Assembly (NCBI GenBank): GCA_000434295.1
Contig: HF994935.1
Span: forward strand, 109,869-173,868
DNA: 64,000 nucleotides
DNA from: Acetobacter sp. CAG:977
GTDB lineage: Bacteria > Pseudomonadota > Alphaproteobacteria > CAAGCB01 > CAG-977
Reading direction: 5' to 3'
Below the pieces are notes generated by a model, which made no database searches, had not been told where the DNA came from, and saw only the letters and a list, made by a program, of their open reading frames with translations. The first letter of the stretch is position 1, and every line of letters begins with the position of its first letter. The translations under genes were made by a program, and so were the position numbers. Below, piece by piece: positions 27,255 to 36,139 of the stretch.

Positions 27255-27725
27255 ATGAAAAGCGAAAAAAAGGAATTGTTGGCCGGCGCTTTGACCTTTG
27301 CTCTTGCCGTTGCTTTGTTTGCCTTTATCGGGCTGCATAAAGGGGCGGGGGACGGTTCTTCCGATTCGTACAGGATATCGGCGCGCTTTAACCGAACCGA
27401 CGGTCTGAACGTCGGTGACGACGTCAGGTTGGCGGGCGTGCGCGTCGGTTCCGTCGTCAGCCAAAGACTGGATGATTATTTCGGCGTCGTTACGACTTTT
27501 TCCTTGCCGTCTTCGGTCGCGTTGCCCGACGACAGCGGCGCTTCAATCCAATCCGACGGTTTGCTGGGATCTAAATTCATCGAATTGTTGCCCGGCGGAT
27601 CCGAAGATATGCTTAAGGACGGCGATACTCTTTCTTTTTCGGAAGACGCCTTGAATCTGGAAAACTTATTGGATAAAGTAATTTCCCTGTCAAAGGCGGC
27701 TCGGGAAAAACGGCGCTCCCCCTGA
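27255..27725 (+). CDS. mlaD: MlaD-family (single MCE domain) protein, copy 1
   Basis: N-terminal TM helix followed by an MCE domain (GLNVGDDVRLAGVRVGSV...LLGSKFIELLPG). Confidence 0.8.
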   Translation: MKSEKKELLAGALTFALAVALFAFIGLHKGAGDGSSDSYRISARFNRTDGLNVGDDVRLAGVRVGSVVSQRLDDYFGVVTTFSLPSSVALPDDSGASIQSDGLLGSKFIELLPGGSEDMLKDGDTLSFSEDALNLENLLDKVISLSKAAREKRRSP

Positions 27726-27746
27726 TTTTTTATAAGGATTGCTTCC

Positions 27747-28199
27747 ATGAAAAAAAGCCCCATCGAAACGGTTCTTGGCATTCTGGTGATTTTGGTCGCC
27801 GTTTCTTTCGTGCATTATGCCGCAACAAAAATCGACGTCAGACCTCAGGACGGGTACACCGTGTCGGCAGTATTCCTTAAGTCGGGCGGGTTGGAAAGCG
27901 GCGCAGACGTCCGAATCAGCGGCATTAAAGTCGGATCCGTCACGGGGCTGAAACTGACCGATGACTATGCCGCCGATATTACCATGACCATCCGCGATAA
28001 CGTGAAATTGCCCAAAGATACGACGGCTAGCGTTGCTTCGGACGGGCTGATGGGCGGAAAATTCCTGTTGTTGGAACCCGGACGCGCCAAAGAAAAATTA
28101 AACGACGGCGATAAAATTACAAAAACGAAAGATTTTAAATCTCTCGAAGACATGATCGGCGACGTGATCTTTTTGGCTACGGATTCGGGCGATAAATAA
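27747..28199 (+). CDS. MlaD-family (single MCE domain) protein, copy 2
   Basis: Same architecture as copy 1 (GLESGADVRISGIKVGSV...LMGGKFLLLEPG). Tandem paralog. Confidence 0.8.
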   Translation: MKKSPIETVLGILVILVAVSFVHYAATKIDVRPQDGYTVSAVFLKSGGLESGADVRISGIKVGSVTGLKLTDDYAADITMTIRDNVKLPKDTTASVASDGLMGGKFLLLEPGRAKEKLNDGDKITKTKDFKSLEDMIGDVIFLATDSGDK

Positions 28200-29587
28200 T
28201 GAACAAACGTCTTTTCCCCTTAATCTTCGCCGGTCTTTTAACGGCTTCTCCTTCGGCTCAAAGCGCTAATATCTCTTTGGGACAGGTCATCTTGCGCGGC
28301 TTGGACAAAGTCACGGGGCGCTTAAGCACCATGACCGTCAATGTCGGCGAAAAAGCTCAGTTCGGTGCATTGGACATATACGTCCGCGTTTGTATGACGC
28401 ATCCGCCCGAAGAAACGCCCGAAAATGCCGCCTTTCTTCAGGTGATCGAGAAAAAACCCGAAGGCCAGCTGAAATTGTTTTCGGGATGGATGTTTTCCTC
28501 CAGCCCCGCGTTGTCCGCCATGGAACATCCCGTCTATGACGTTTGGGTCATTAAATGTCAGGGCGAACCGGTAACGCCGCCGTCTCCCGCTCCGCTGATT
28601 TTGGATAATCCGCTGGAAATGCAGACCGTCTTGCCAAAGGTCAAAATCGCGGTGGACGATGAAGAAACGGAAAGCCTGTCCCCCGATGCTCCCGTCGAAA
28701 ATGTCCAAGGGACGCTTTCGGGAGCGGACGCCGAAACAATGCTGATTAAAATCGAGGAAGAAGGCGTTTCAAAACAACCCGATACCTTGCCTTTGCCCGA
28801 AGCTCAAAATCCGCAGATTGACGCTCAACAGGGCTCAATGCAACCTTCTTTACCGTCGGCTCAGAGACCTGCCGGCGAGGAAATTGAAGTCATTGAAGAA
28901 CCGATTGAAGGCAATGCTCCGATTTTGCGCGCGCTGCCCGAAAATGCCGTTCCGAATGTTCAGGAAAATGTTCAACCCGTTCCTTCCGAAACGGAAATGA
29001 ATAAAACGGAAGAACCTTCTTCTCAAATTTCGGTCAGCGACGGTGTTTATATTCCGCCCGAAGATAACGGTTCTGCCGATACGGAGGCGGAAGACGACGG
29101 CGAGGACGAAACAGAAGACGATAATATCGCCGAAATTCCCGACGGACGCGTTTTGCATATCGTTCCGTCTGCCGAAAATCGTCAGGCTCCTCAGGAAACG
29201 CCTTCCGAAACATCGGCGGGAGGTATCCCTCTGGCGAACGAACGCCCCGTTCTTGAAAACAATTCTTCTGCCATACATTCGGAACCCGAAACGGAAGAGT
29301 ATATGAAAAATACGACCGAAAATACGCAAGAGAACATGAACGGTTTTGTTTCTTCGCCCGTTATGGAAAAATACAGAAACGATCCCGTTCCTTCTTACGG
29401 TTTTGACGAATTGCCTCAGATGCAATCGCCTGCGGATTCTCGGAGAAGTAACGCGCAAAGCGACACGCTTCGTTCGTTGCCGGCACAGCCTATTCTAAGG
29501 GGCGAAGATAATCTTTCCGAAAACGAAGACGGTTATGACGAAGACGAATTTCAGGAAACCGTTACGGAAGAAAGTACGGAATATTAA
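28199..29587 (+). CDS. DUF2155-like periplasmic protein with a ~330-aa acidic low-complexity C-terminal extension
   Basis: Signal peptide. The N-terminal ~130 aa (LRGLDKVTGRLSTMTVNVGEKAQFGALDIYVRVC...GWMFSSSPALSAMEHPVYDVWVIKC) resemble DUF2155. The rest is rich in E, D, P, Q, S and T. Confidence 0.6.
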   Translation: MNKRLFPLIFAGLLTASPSAQSANISLGQVILRGLDKVTGRLSTMTVNVGEKAQFGALDIYVRVCMTHPPEETPENAAFLQVIEKKPEGQLKLFSGWMFSSSPALSAMEHPVYDVWVIKCQGEPVTPPSPAPLILDNPLEMQTVLPKVKIAVDDEETESLSPDAPVENVQGTLSGADAETMLIKIEEEGVSKQPDTLPLPEAQNPQIDAQQGSMQPSLPSAQRPAGEEIEVIEEPIEGNAPILRALPENAVPNVQENVQPVPSETEMNKTEEPSSQISVSDGVYIPPEDNGSADTEAEDDGEDETEDDNIAEIPDGRVLHIVPSAENRQAPQETPSETSAGGIPLANERPVLENNSSAIHSEPETEEYMKNTTENTQENMNGFVSSPVMEKYRNDPVPSYGFDELPQMQSPADSRRSNAQSDTLRSLPAQPILRGEDNLSENEDGYDEDEFQETVTEESTEY

Positions 29588-29615
29588 AAAAAAGCCCGCT
29601 TTAGCGGGCTTTTTA
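29586..29615. terminator. Bidirectional rho-independent terminator
   Basis: agcccgc / gcgggct stem flanked by an A-run and a T-run, between convergent genes. Confidence 0.7.
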
Positions 29616-29631
29616 ATAACCGAGAGATTCT

Positions 29632-30435
29632 TTATATTAACAGATTGAACAGTTGCGACGTTTTATCTTTGCCCTGCATGGATTGGATTGTCGCCATATT
29701 CGTGTATCCTGCGGACAATATGCTGGAAGCCCCCTGTGCGTTTAAGACGCTGGCGCTGGGCGTAACGCCGTTCATGGCTTCTTCGGCTTTTGCCAAAGCG
29801 ATGTCGCCTTCGGTAACATTCGTATGGTCAATGGACTGTTCCTGGGTCATGTAATCGTGTTTATAGGTATCGCCCATTTGCAGTTGGAGCGCGTACAAAG
29901 TATCGTCGTCGACAGGTTCTCCGTCTTCGGTCGTTACATGGACGTAGTACCATCCTTTTTGTGAATTGGGGACTTCGTATTCGCCGCGCATTAATTTTTC
30001 AAAGGCTTCGTATTCTTTTTTTTCGCTTTCGTCATTTGTGGCGACGAGAGTTTGGCGGTTATTGACGAAGGTGTAGACTTCAACGCGCAACCCTTTTCCT
30101 TTAAAAGAATCGATGGCGGATTGAAAATCGTTTTTGGCGTCTTCCAAAGCTTCCGTAGCATCAGAAGATGTGGTCGTCTTATCGGTTTCTTCGTCTTTGG
30201 CGGACAGGTTGACGGCAGAGAGGCGTAAATTCCCTCTGGACACGACATTAAATTTGAACCAGTCCTCTTTTTCGTTTTTGGACAAGGTCGTAATAACGCT
30301 CAATCGCGAATAATTCAATCTGATTTGACCGATATCACGGGCATTTGAAACGGATTCGTCATAGATATCCGTTGACGTTTTTTCCCAAGCCTGAGCATAT
30401 GCTGTCGAAGATGTTTCGGATACGGAAGAAACCAT
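29632..30435 (-). CDS. Hypothetical protein with a possible PPC-like (pre-peptidase C-terminal type) beta-sandwich signature
   Basis: Start set at ATG 30435, which has a GAGG RBS. No signal peptide. ARDIGQIRLNYSRLSVITTLSKNEKEDWFKFNVVSRGNLRLSA resembles the PPC-domain pattern. No other recognisable motifs. Confidence 0.35.
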   Translation of the reverse strand: MVSSVSETSSTAYAQAWEKTSTDIYDESVSNARDIGQIRLNYSRLSVITTLSKNEKEDWFKFNVVSRGNLRLSAVNLSAKDEETDKTTTSSDATEALEDAKNDFQSAIDSFKGKGLRVEVYTFVNNRQTLVATNDESEKKEYEAFEKLMRGEYEVPNSQKGWYYVHVTTEDGEPVDDDTLYALQLQMGDTYKHDYMTQEQSIDHTNVTEGDIALAKAEEAMNGVTPSASVLNAQGASSILSAGYTNMATIQSMQGKDKTSQLFNLLI

Positions 30436-30548
30436 GGCAAACCTCGCGCAAATTCTTTGTATAAAGGAAAATTCTTTTCCACTTAACAATCATCATATCA
30501 TAAAAAAGCGTCTGATGCGATTTTTTTATGAAAGCGGTTTGTTTAACG

Positions 30549-32450
30549 TTAAAATTCGGGCAGAGTTTCTTCCAGCTTTTTCTTTTCGTGAGCAGGCGCC
30601 GTTTTTTCTTCTTTTTCTGCGTCGACTTCGGGAGCTGAAGGCGTTTGATTCCACAAGACTTCGAAAACGGTTTGAGGTTCAGAAATTCCCTTTAAGGTGC
30701 GTTCGCCCAAAGGCTTAAAGGAATAAGATTTTCCTGCCGCCAGTTCTTTGACAACGTTGGAAACGAAGATTTGATCTTTGTCAGCCAAAGAACAAATGCG
30801 TGCGGCGATTTGAACGGTTGTGCCGAACAGGTCGTTTTCTTCGACGATGGGTTCGCCGGCGTTTAATCCGATGCGCACTTCAAGCGGTACTGTGGGAGCC
30901 TGTTTGTTATATTTTGCAATGGCGCGCTGAATGGCGATGGCGGCATCAACGGCGTTGGACGCCGAAGCAAACGAAGCCATCGTTCCGTCGCCCGTCAGCT
31001 TGACCTCGCGCCCGTTGCAGGTGCTGAGCGCCTGACGGACGATGGCGTTATGTTTTCGGATCAGCTGTTGAGCAATGGTATCGCCGACGTTTTGGGTAAA
31101 ACTGGTGGAACCGACCATATCGGTGAACATGATGGTCATAATGCCGGATCCCGTTTTATCCGAAGCGTTTTCATCATTGTTCAGCCATTTTCCCATAGTT
31201 TTTTGGATTTGTTGCATAACTTCGGGAGACGCCTGATTTTCTTGGAACAGCTCCATTGTTTTTGCGCCGCCCTGCAACACGGGTAAATAAGACGGTTCAA
31301 GGGCATATTCGCCGATTTTGTCGCAAAACATTTCAGCCAAAGACAACGATATGCCCATGACTTCAAGCAAACCGCACAGCAAAGTTTTGTTCTGTGCCTG
31401 AGTTATTTTTCCGTGTTTTGTCAGACATTCGCAAGCGCCCGACATAAACAGGCTGATGCCGAAGCGGGCGTATGTGTCCAAATGAGTATTGTTTTGTTGC
31501 AGGTATTTTAAAATAACGACCAGCAAGGTGGTCAGTTTGAGATATTCTTTTTCCAATTCCGGCGGGATGGCGACTTTATCACTTTCGGGTTGGGCTTCCT
31601 CCGTTTCGGTTTTTTCAGAATCTTCGGAATCTTCCGGTGTTTTTTCTTTTTTCATTTCGGGCGGTGAAAATTCGATCTGTCCTGCGGCGGGGGCGGGTTC
31701 TTCTTCGGGCAAAGCCGCTTCTATGGCGGCGATTTCCTCTTTGGAAGGCAACGGATCGTTCCCCATCATTTTATCCCAGATTCTGAACAGGAAATCAGCC
31801 ATGCTTTTTGCCGCTTTGTCGCCGAAGGCAGAATCGGTGCCCGCTGAGAATTTAAACGGCGTTTCTTTGGGCTGGGAAGGAAGCTTGTCTTCATCGGAAT
31901 GTTTCTTTTTTCCGCTTAATACGTCCCACGGCACCATTTTTAAAGACATCGGGATGGATATCAGCAAAAACAGCAAAATGAACAGCAGGAATATCAGGTG
32001 AGAAGAAATATCCGAAGGCAAATATCCGATTTCGGCAACGGCTTTCATAAAGATTGTTGCCGTAAAACCGGCGCCTGCCAAGGAAACCGTAATGACAAAG
32101 AACAATCTACCCAATGCTTCGATGACCGAAGCGGTATGTTCTTTTTCTTCGGTTTTCAGGGGCGGGAAGGGCTTGATAGGCGTTTTTTTCTTCAGGCTTG
32201 AAACGCGGATATATTCACTGAGGTAGATCAAGGCTTCTTGGAATTTTTGGGTATCCAGATCATACGTTTCGCGAATGACTTTTGTCGGGCGGTTCAGGGA
32301 AAATTCCGTGCTTTTGGCGTATTCGATGGCTTCGGCGCGTTTTTCGGACGGGTAGCGTGCCAACAGATCCCACGCATCGTTTTGATAGACATAAACTTCA
32401 TAATTAACGATATTAGACACGGCGAAATACCCAAAAAAAGCCCTTACCAC
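30549..32450 (-). CDS. Membrane-associated class III adenylate/guanylate cyclase
   Basis: C-terminal cyclase domain (IMFTDMVGSTSF...KLTGDGTMASF...RIGLNAGEPIVEENDLFGTTVQIAARI). Two or more TM helices mid-protein. Unassigned N-terminal and acidic linker regions. Confidence 0.85.
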   Translation of the reverse strand: MVRAFFGYFAVSNIVNYEVYVYQNDAWDLLARYPSEKRAEAIEYAKSTEFSLNRPTKVIRETYDLDTQKFQEALIYLSEYIRVSSLKKKTPIKPFPPLKTEEKEHTASVIEALGRLFFVITVSLAGAGFTATIFMKAVAEIGYLPSDISSHLIFLLFILLFLLISIPMSLKMVPWDVLSGKKKHSDEDKLPSQPKETPFKFSAGTDSAFGDKAAKSMADFLFRIWDKMMGNDPLPSKEEIAAIEAALPEEEPAPAAGQIEFSPPEMKKEKTPEDSEDSEKTETEEAQPESDKVAIPPELEKEYLKLTTLLVVILKYLQQNNTHLDTYARFGISLFMSGACECLTKHGKITQAQNKTLLCGLLEVMGISLSLAEMFCDKIGEYALEPSYLPVLQGGAKTMELFQENQASPEVMQQIQKTMGKWLNNDENASDKTGSGIMTIMFTDMVGSTSFTQNVGDTIAQQLIRKHNAIVRQALSTCNGREVKLTGDGTMASFASASNAVDAAIAIQRAIAKYNKQAPTVPLEVRIGLNAGEPIVEENDLFGTTVQIAARICSLADKDQIFVSNVVKELAAGKSYSFKPLGERTLKGISEPQTVFEVLWNQTPSAPEVDAEKEEKTAPAHEKKKLEETLPEF

Positions 32451-32454
32451 ATTA

Positions 32455-32498
32455 TAAATAAAAAACAGCGGTCTTCAATGATTTTGAAAGACCGCTGT
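32455..32498 (-). terminator. Rho-independent terminator after rpmE
   Basis: 11-bp stem acagcggtctt / aagaccgctgt. A T-run follows on the minus strand. Confidence 0.7.
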
Positions 32499-32516
32499 CC
32501 GATTTTTTGAAAAGGC

Positions 32517-32741
32517 TTATTTTTTGCCGGTAAATGCGGCAAAGCGCTTGTTGAATTTCGCCAGCTGTCCTCCGCTGTCGACCAGGCGGTAGACGCCCGT
32601 CCAAGCCGGATGAGCCAACGGATCAATATCCAAGCGAATCGTATCGCCTTTCTTTCCCATCGTCGAACGGGTTTTGAATTCCGTTCCGTCTGTCATAACC
32701 ACGGTAATTTCGTGGTAATCGGGATGAATATCTTTTTTCAT
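32517..32741 (-). CDS. rpmE: 50S ribosomal protein L31
   Basis: [22 protein letters not shown]...AWTG. Start trimmed from the track's 32816 to 32741. No CxxC zinc motif. Confidence 0.92.
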   Translation of the reverse strand: MKKDIHPDYHEITVVMTDGTEFKTRSTMGKKGDTIRLDIDPLAHPAWTGVYRLVDSGGQLAKFNKRFAAFTGKK

Positions 32742-32840
32742 TGCAATGCTCCAGACAACAAATTGAAGGCTTATTCTATACTCTTTGATTGCCGAAATTT
32801 CAAGTCGTTTTTGCAAAAACGCAAAAAAGGCTTTTCAATT

Positions 32841-33932
32841 TTAGCGTTCGGTCAGCTTAAATTCGATGCGACGGTTGTTTTTGCGGGCTTTTTCCGAGTT
32901 GCCCGACGACAAAGGCTGATGTTCTCCGAAACCGGCGGCGACCAAACGTTTGGGCGGAACGCCCTGAGAAATCAGGTATTGTACGACCGCAATCGCGCGT
33001 GCGGACGACAATTCCCAGTTCGAAGCATATTTTTCGTTTTTTATCGGAACGTTGTCCGTATGTCCGTCAACACGCAACACCCATTGGATTTTTGCGGGAA
33101 TTTTCTTGGAAATCTTTAAAAGCGTCTGAGCCAGTATCTTGAGTTGTTTTTTGCCTTTAGGTTCCAGTTCCGCCGACCCCGTTTTGAAAAACAGTTCCGA
33201 TTGAAACACAAATCTGTCGCCTTCGATTCGGATGTCTTTACGGTCTTCCAGAATTTTGCGCAGCGTCCCGAAAAAGTCCGAACGGTAATACGAAAGCTCT
33301 GATGCCTTTTGAGCCAAAGCGCGGTTCAATTTCTTACCCAAATCGACGATCTGGGCTTTTTGGCGTTTCGAGAGCTCTTCGGACGCTTCAAGCGTCGCAG
33401 AAAGCTTTGCCAGCTCGGCATTCATTTTTTCGATGCGGCTGGTTAAAAGAGCAATGTGAACTTTGGCATCTTCGGATATTTTTCGTTCGTTTTTCAAATC
33501 GGCCTGATGTTTGGCGTTTTCTTTTTCCAACGCGTCCCGCCGTTGGGTCAGTGCCTTGATGTCCTGTTGCAACAAAGCGGCTTGTTTTAAAGTTTCTTCC
33601 AACGTTTTTTGCGTTTTATCATGATCGGCTTTCAGCAAATCCAATTCGGAAATCAGCCGTTTTTCGGCATCGATTTTTTCGTTCAGGGAAACGGACAGCT
33701 CTTGAACATTTTTCTTTTCGACGGCCAATTCGTTCGCCAGCGAGCTCAGTTCTTCGTTCAATCTGAAAATTTCGTTATTTTTCGTGTCCAGATTTCTTCC
33801 CAAAAAGAAATGCGCCAAGACGAACAAAAGCAAAAAGAACAGCACGACGATCAGCAACGTTGACAAAGCGTCAACGAAGCTTGGCCAGAAATTATATTCA
33901 GTTCTGTGGCGTGCTAAGCGAAATTTGCTCAT
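32841..33932 (-). CDS. MotB-like stator subunit with a long coiled coil and C-terminal OmpA-like peptidoglycan-binding domain
   Basis: TM segment with a conserved Asp (NFWPSFVDALSTLLIVVLFF), ~190-aa heptad-rich region, and OmpA-like end (VDGHTDNVPI...WELSSARAIAVVQYL...NRRIEFKL). 4-nt overlap with the upstream MotA-like gene. Confidence 0.75.
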   Translation of the reverse strand: MSKFRLARHRTEYNFWPSFVDALSTLLIVVLFFLLLFVLAHFFLGRNLDTKNNEIFRLNEELSSLANELAVEKKNVQELSVSLNEKIDAEKRLISELDLLKADHDKTQKTLEETLKQAALLQQDIKALTQRRDALEKENAKHQADLKNERKISEDAKVHIALLTSRIEKMNAELAKLSATLEASEELSKRQKAQIVDLGKKLNRALAQKASELSYYRSDFFGTLRKILEDRKDIRIEGDRFVFQSELFFKTGSAELEPKGKKQLKILAQTLLKISKKIPAKIQWVLRVDGHTDNVPIKNEKYASNWELSSARAIAVVQYLISQGVPPKRLVAAGFGEHQPLSSGNSEKARKNNRRIEFKLTER

Positions 33933-34921
33933 GAATTTTTATCTTGTCCCGACACGGTGCGTACCAGCAATTTGAAAGAATCTCGCAATTCCTGCAACAA
34001 AGCGTCGTTGCGGGCATCCGATCGCTGATCCGCCTGAATTAAAGACCTGTCGATGCGGCTGATCAATCGGAGCAATTCGGCATTGATTTGGTCTTTTTCC
34101 TGTTCTTTTGCGGTGTCTCTTTGCAACCTGCGCCGGATATCGGCAAGGCTTTCGACCATTTGTTCCAGCAACGCGTTGGCATAAGCGGCGTTTGACGTAA
34201 CCATGTCGTCGCTGCTGGCGACGGAAGAAGAATATCTTGTCAACGAAGACAAATATTCGTCCAATCCGTTATAGAAATTATTTTGTGCGCCGCCTGCCTG
34301 AATATCAAGGAAGCCCATGATCAAGGCGCCCGACAACCCCAACAAAGACGACGAGAAAGCGGTTCCCATTCCCTGCAAGGGCATTTCCAGCCCGTTTTTA
34401 ATGGAATTAAAGACCTGAGTGGCATCTTCGCCCGAAACGTTCAAAGATCCGATAACGTCGCCGACGGCACCGACGGTTCCCATCAATCCCCAAAAGGTTC
34501 CCAACAATCCCAAAAACGTTGACAGACCGATCAAGTATTTCGAGATATCGCGGCTTTCATCCAGCCTCATTCCGACGGAATCGAGAATTGTCCTGGCGAT
34601 TGTAGGGGATAAAACGGCATTTCCTTTGGCTTTGTTGTTTTTCAGAACCAACGCCAAAGGCGAGAGCAGGCGCAATTTTTTTAAAACGGCGGGTTCCAGG
34701 GACAACGCGGGAGCCTTTAGCCAACGAATTTCCTTGCGCAACATAAAGACGGAGCGGAAATTCAAAATGACGCCGAACATCAAAACCAACAAAATCAATC
34801 CGTTCAGTCCCGGATTGGTCAGGAACGCGTTTTCCAAAGCCGGATACAGCAGCGTGCAAGCGCCGCCGACGGCGATCAGGAAAAACACCATGCGCGTAAT
34901 GTAACGTTTCGGAGAATTCAT
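33929..34921 (-). CDS. MotA/TolQ/ExbB-family proton-channel protein
   Basis: 330 aa. TM helices with family motifs GLLGTFWGLMGTV and GMGTAFSSSLLGLSGALIMGFLD. Cytoplasmic C-terminal helical tail. Confidence 0.8.
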   Translation of the reverse strand: MNSPKRYITRMVFFLIAVGGACTLLYPALENAFLTNPGLNGLILLVLMFGVILNFRSVFMLRKEIRWLKAPALSLEPAVLKKLRLLSPLALVLKNNKAKGNAVLSPTIARTILDSVGMRLDESRDISKYLIGLSTFLGLLGTFWGLMGTVGAVGDVIGSLNVSGEDATQVFNSIKNGLEMPLQGMGTAFSSSLLGLSGALIMGFLDIQAGGAQNNFYNGLDEYLSSLTRYSSSVASSDDMVTSNAAYANALLEQMVESLADIRRRLQRDTAKEQEKDQINAELLRLISRIDRSLIQADQRSDARNDALLQELRDSFKLLVRTVSGQDKNS

Positions 34922-34939
34922 GTTAAAAGCCCCTGAGTT

Positions 34940-36121
34940 TTAACGTTCGTAGATTAAGACATCGGCTCTGTTCGGGATTTCCGATCCGGCGCCTCTTTGC
35001 CCCAAAGCGCGGATATCGACGCGCAGGCTGTTAATGCCGGCGCGGGACATATAAGACCTGACGGACAAAGCGCGTCTGAGAGATACTTGGCGTTCGCGTC
35101 CGTAATCCGGAGCCTTTGTCGGAGCCGAATACGCGAATACGGTCATTCTTTTTTCGGGGTGTTTGCGCATATAAGCGATAAGGGTGTCCAGCGCTTTGCC
35201 CATTTCTTCGGTCAAATCGGCGGAGGTGTCTTTGAACAGCAAAACGGCAGCCAACAGTTTTCTTTTTTGCGTGGCGATGACGGTTTCCGATTCTTTGGGC
35301 AGTTTCTGAACCAAAGCTTCCGAACGTTCTTTTTGCGTCATGTTTTCCGCGGTGCGGATAACGGAAGCAAAGGGCAGAATTTTTGTTTTCGGCTCTTTTG
35401 TTTCTTCTTTTTGAGCAATGCGTTCCGCTTCGTCACGCACGGTGGACGTTTTCTTTTTGCCTTTGGCAAAGAACGTTTCCGGTGCGGGGACGGATTTCTT
35501 TTCGGGCGGGGGCAGGACGATTTTTTCTTTGGATCTGTCTTCTTCCCGCGCTTCTTTTAACGCCTGTTGTTGTTCTAAGAAATGCTTGGAAATTTGCGGT
35601 TTGTTGTCATCATCTCTTGTTTCGGCGATTTTGATGCGGACGCGTTCTTTGATGGGAACGACTTTAACGGTCGGAACGGGTTTTGCCCGCGGTTTCAACC
35701 GATCGTGCTCGTCTTGGATTTTACTTTCCTTGACCTGATATTTTTTTGATTTGGTATTATTTTTAGATGACGTTTTTGATTTTGCCGAAGCCTTCAGAGC
35801 CGATTTGGACGCTTTTTTGGCAGTTGTTTTTGATTTTTTTGTCGGTTTTTTTGTTTCGACTTTTTTAGGGGCGACTTTTTTTTGTTCGACGCGTTTCAGA
35901 CGAACGGGCTTTTCCTTCACCTTCGGAGCAGGCGCCGCAACAGGAGGCGCGACAGGCGCAACGACGGGAGGTGCCGCAGGCGCGGGAGCCGATGTCGTTG
36001 CATCTTTGGGAATAAAGTCTTCGGTCAAAACGTCAAGGTTCAGGGTAATCTGGGCATACACGGGCATTGCCGTCAGACACATGACGGCAATCAACGGGGT
36101 GATTTTTGCGAGTATTCTCAA
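34940..36121 (-). CDS. Secreted Lys/Pro-rich protein with a C-terminal OmpA-like domain
   Basis: Signal peptide (CLTAMPVYAQ), PAPAAPPVVAPVAPPVAAPAP, a long K-rich low-complexity stretch, and a degenerate OmpA-like end (RMTVFAYS...RERQVSLRRALSVRSYM...ADVLIYE). First gene of the three-gene cluster. Confidence 0.6.
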   Translation of the reverse strand: MRILAKITPLIAVMCLTAMPVYAQITLNLDVLTEDFIPKDATTSAPAPAAPPVVAPVAPPVAAPAPKVKEKPVRLKRVEQKKVAPKKVETKKPTKKSKTTAKKASKSALKASAKSKTSSKNNTKSKKYQVKESKIQDEHDRLKPRAKPVPTVKVVPIKERVRIKIAETRDDDNKPQISKHFLEQQQALKEAREEDRSKEKIVLPPPEKKSVPAPETFFAKGKKKTSTVRDEAERIAQKEETKEPKTKILPFASVIRTAENMTQKERSEALVQKLPKESETVIATQKRKLLAAVLLFKDTSADLTEEMGKALDTLIAYMRKHPEKRMTVFAYSAPTKAPDYGRERQVSLRRALSVRSYMSRAGINSLRVDIRALGQRGAGSEIPNRADVLIYER

Positions 36122-36139
36122 AATCCCGAGCCCTTTCGT

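Noticed and set aside
29632-30435. Flagellin-like protein, suggested by the C-terminal ...TSQLFNLLI ending
   Set aside because: The similarity is limited to a few residues, and there are no conserved flagellin N- or C-terminal helical domains.
32841-34921. Zorya (ZorAB) antiphage system, or a flagellar stator, as the identity of the MotAB-like pair
   Set aside because: No ZorC/ZorD-like genes are adjacent. The A subunit lacks the long ZorA tail, and the coiled coil is on the B subunit instead. No flagellar genes are nearby. It is kept as an unassigned stator-like module.
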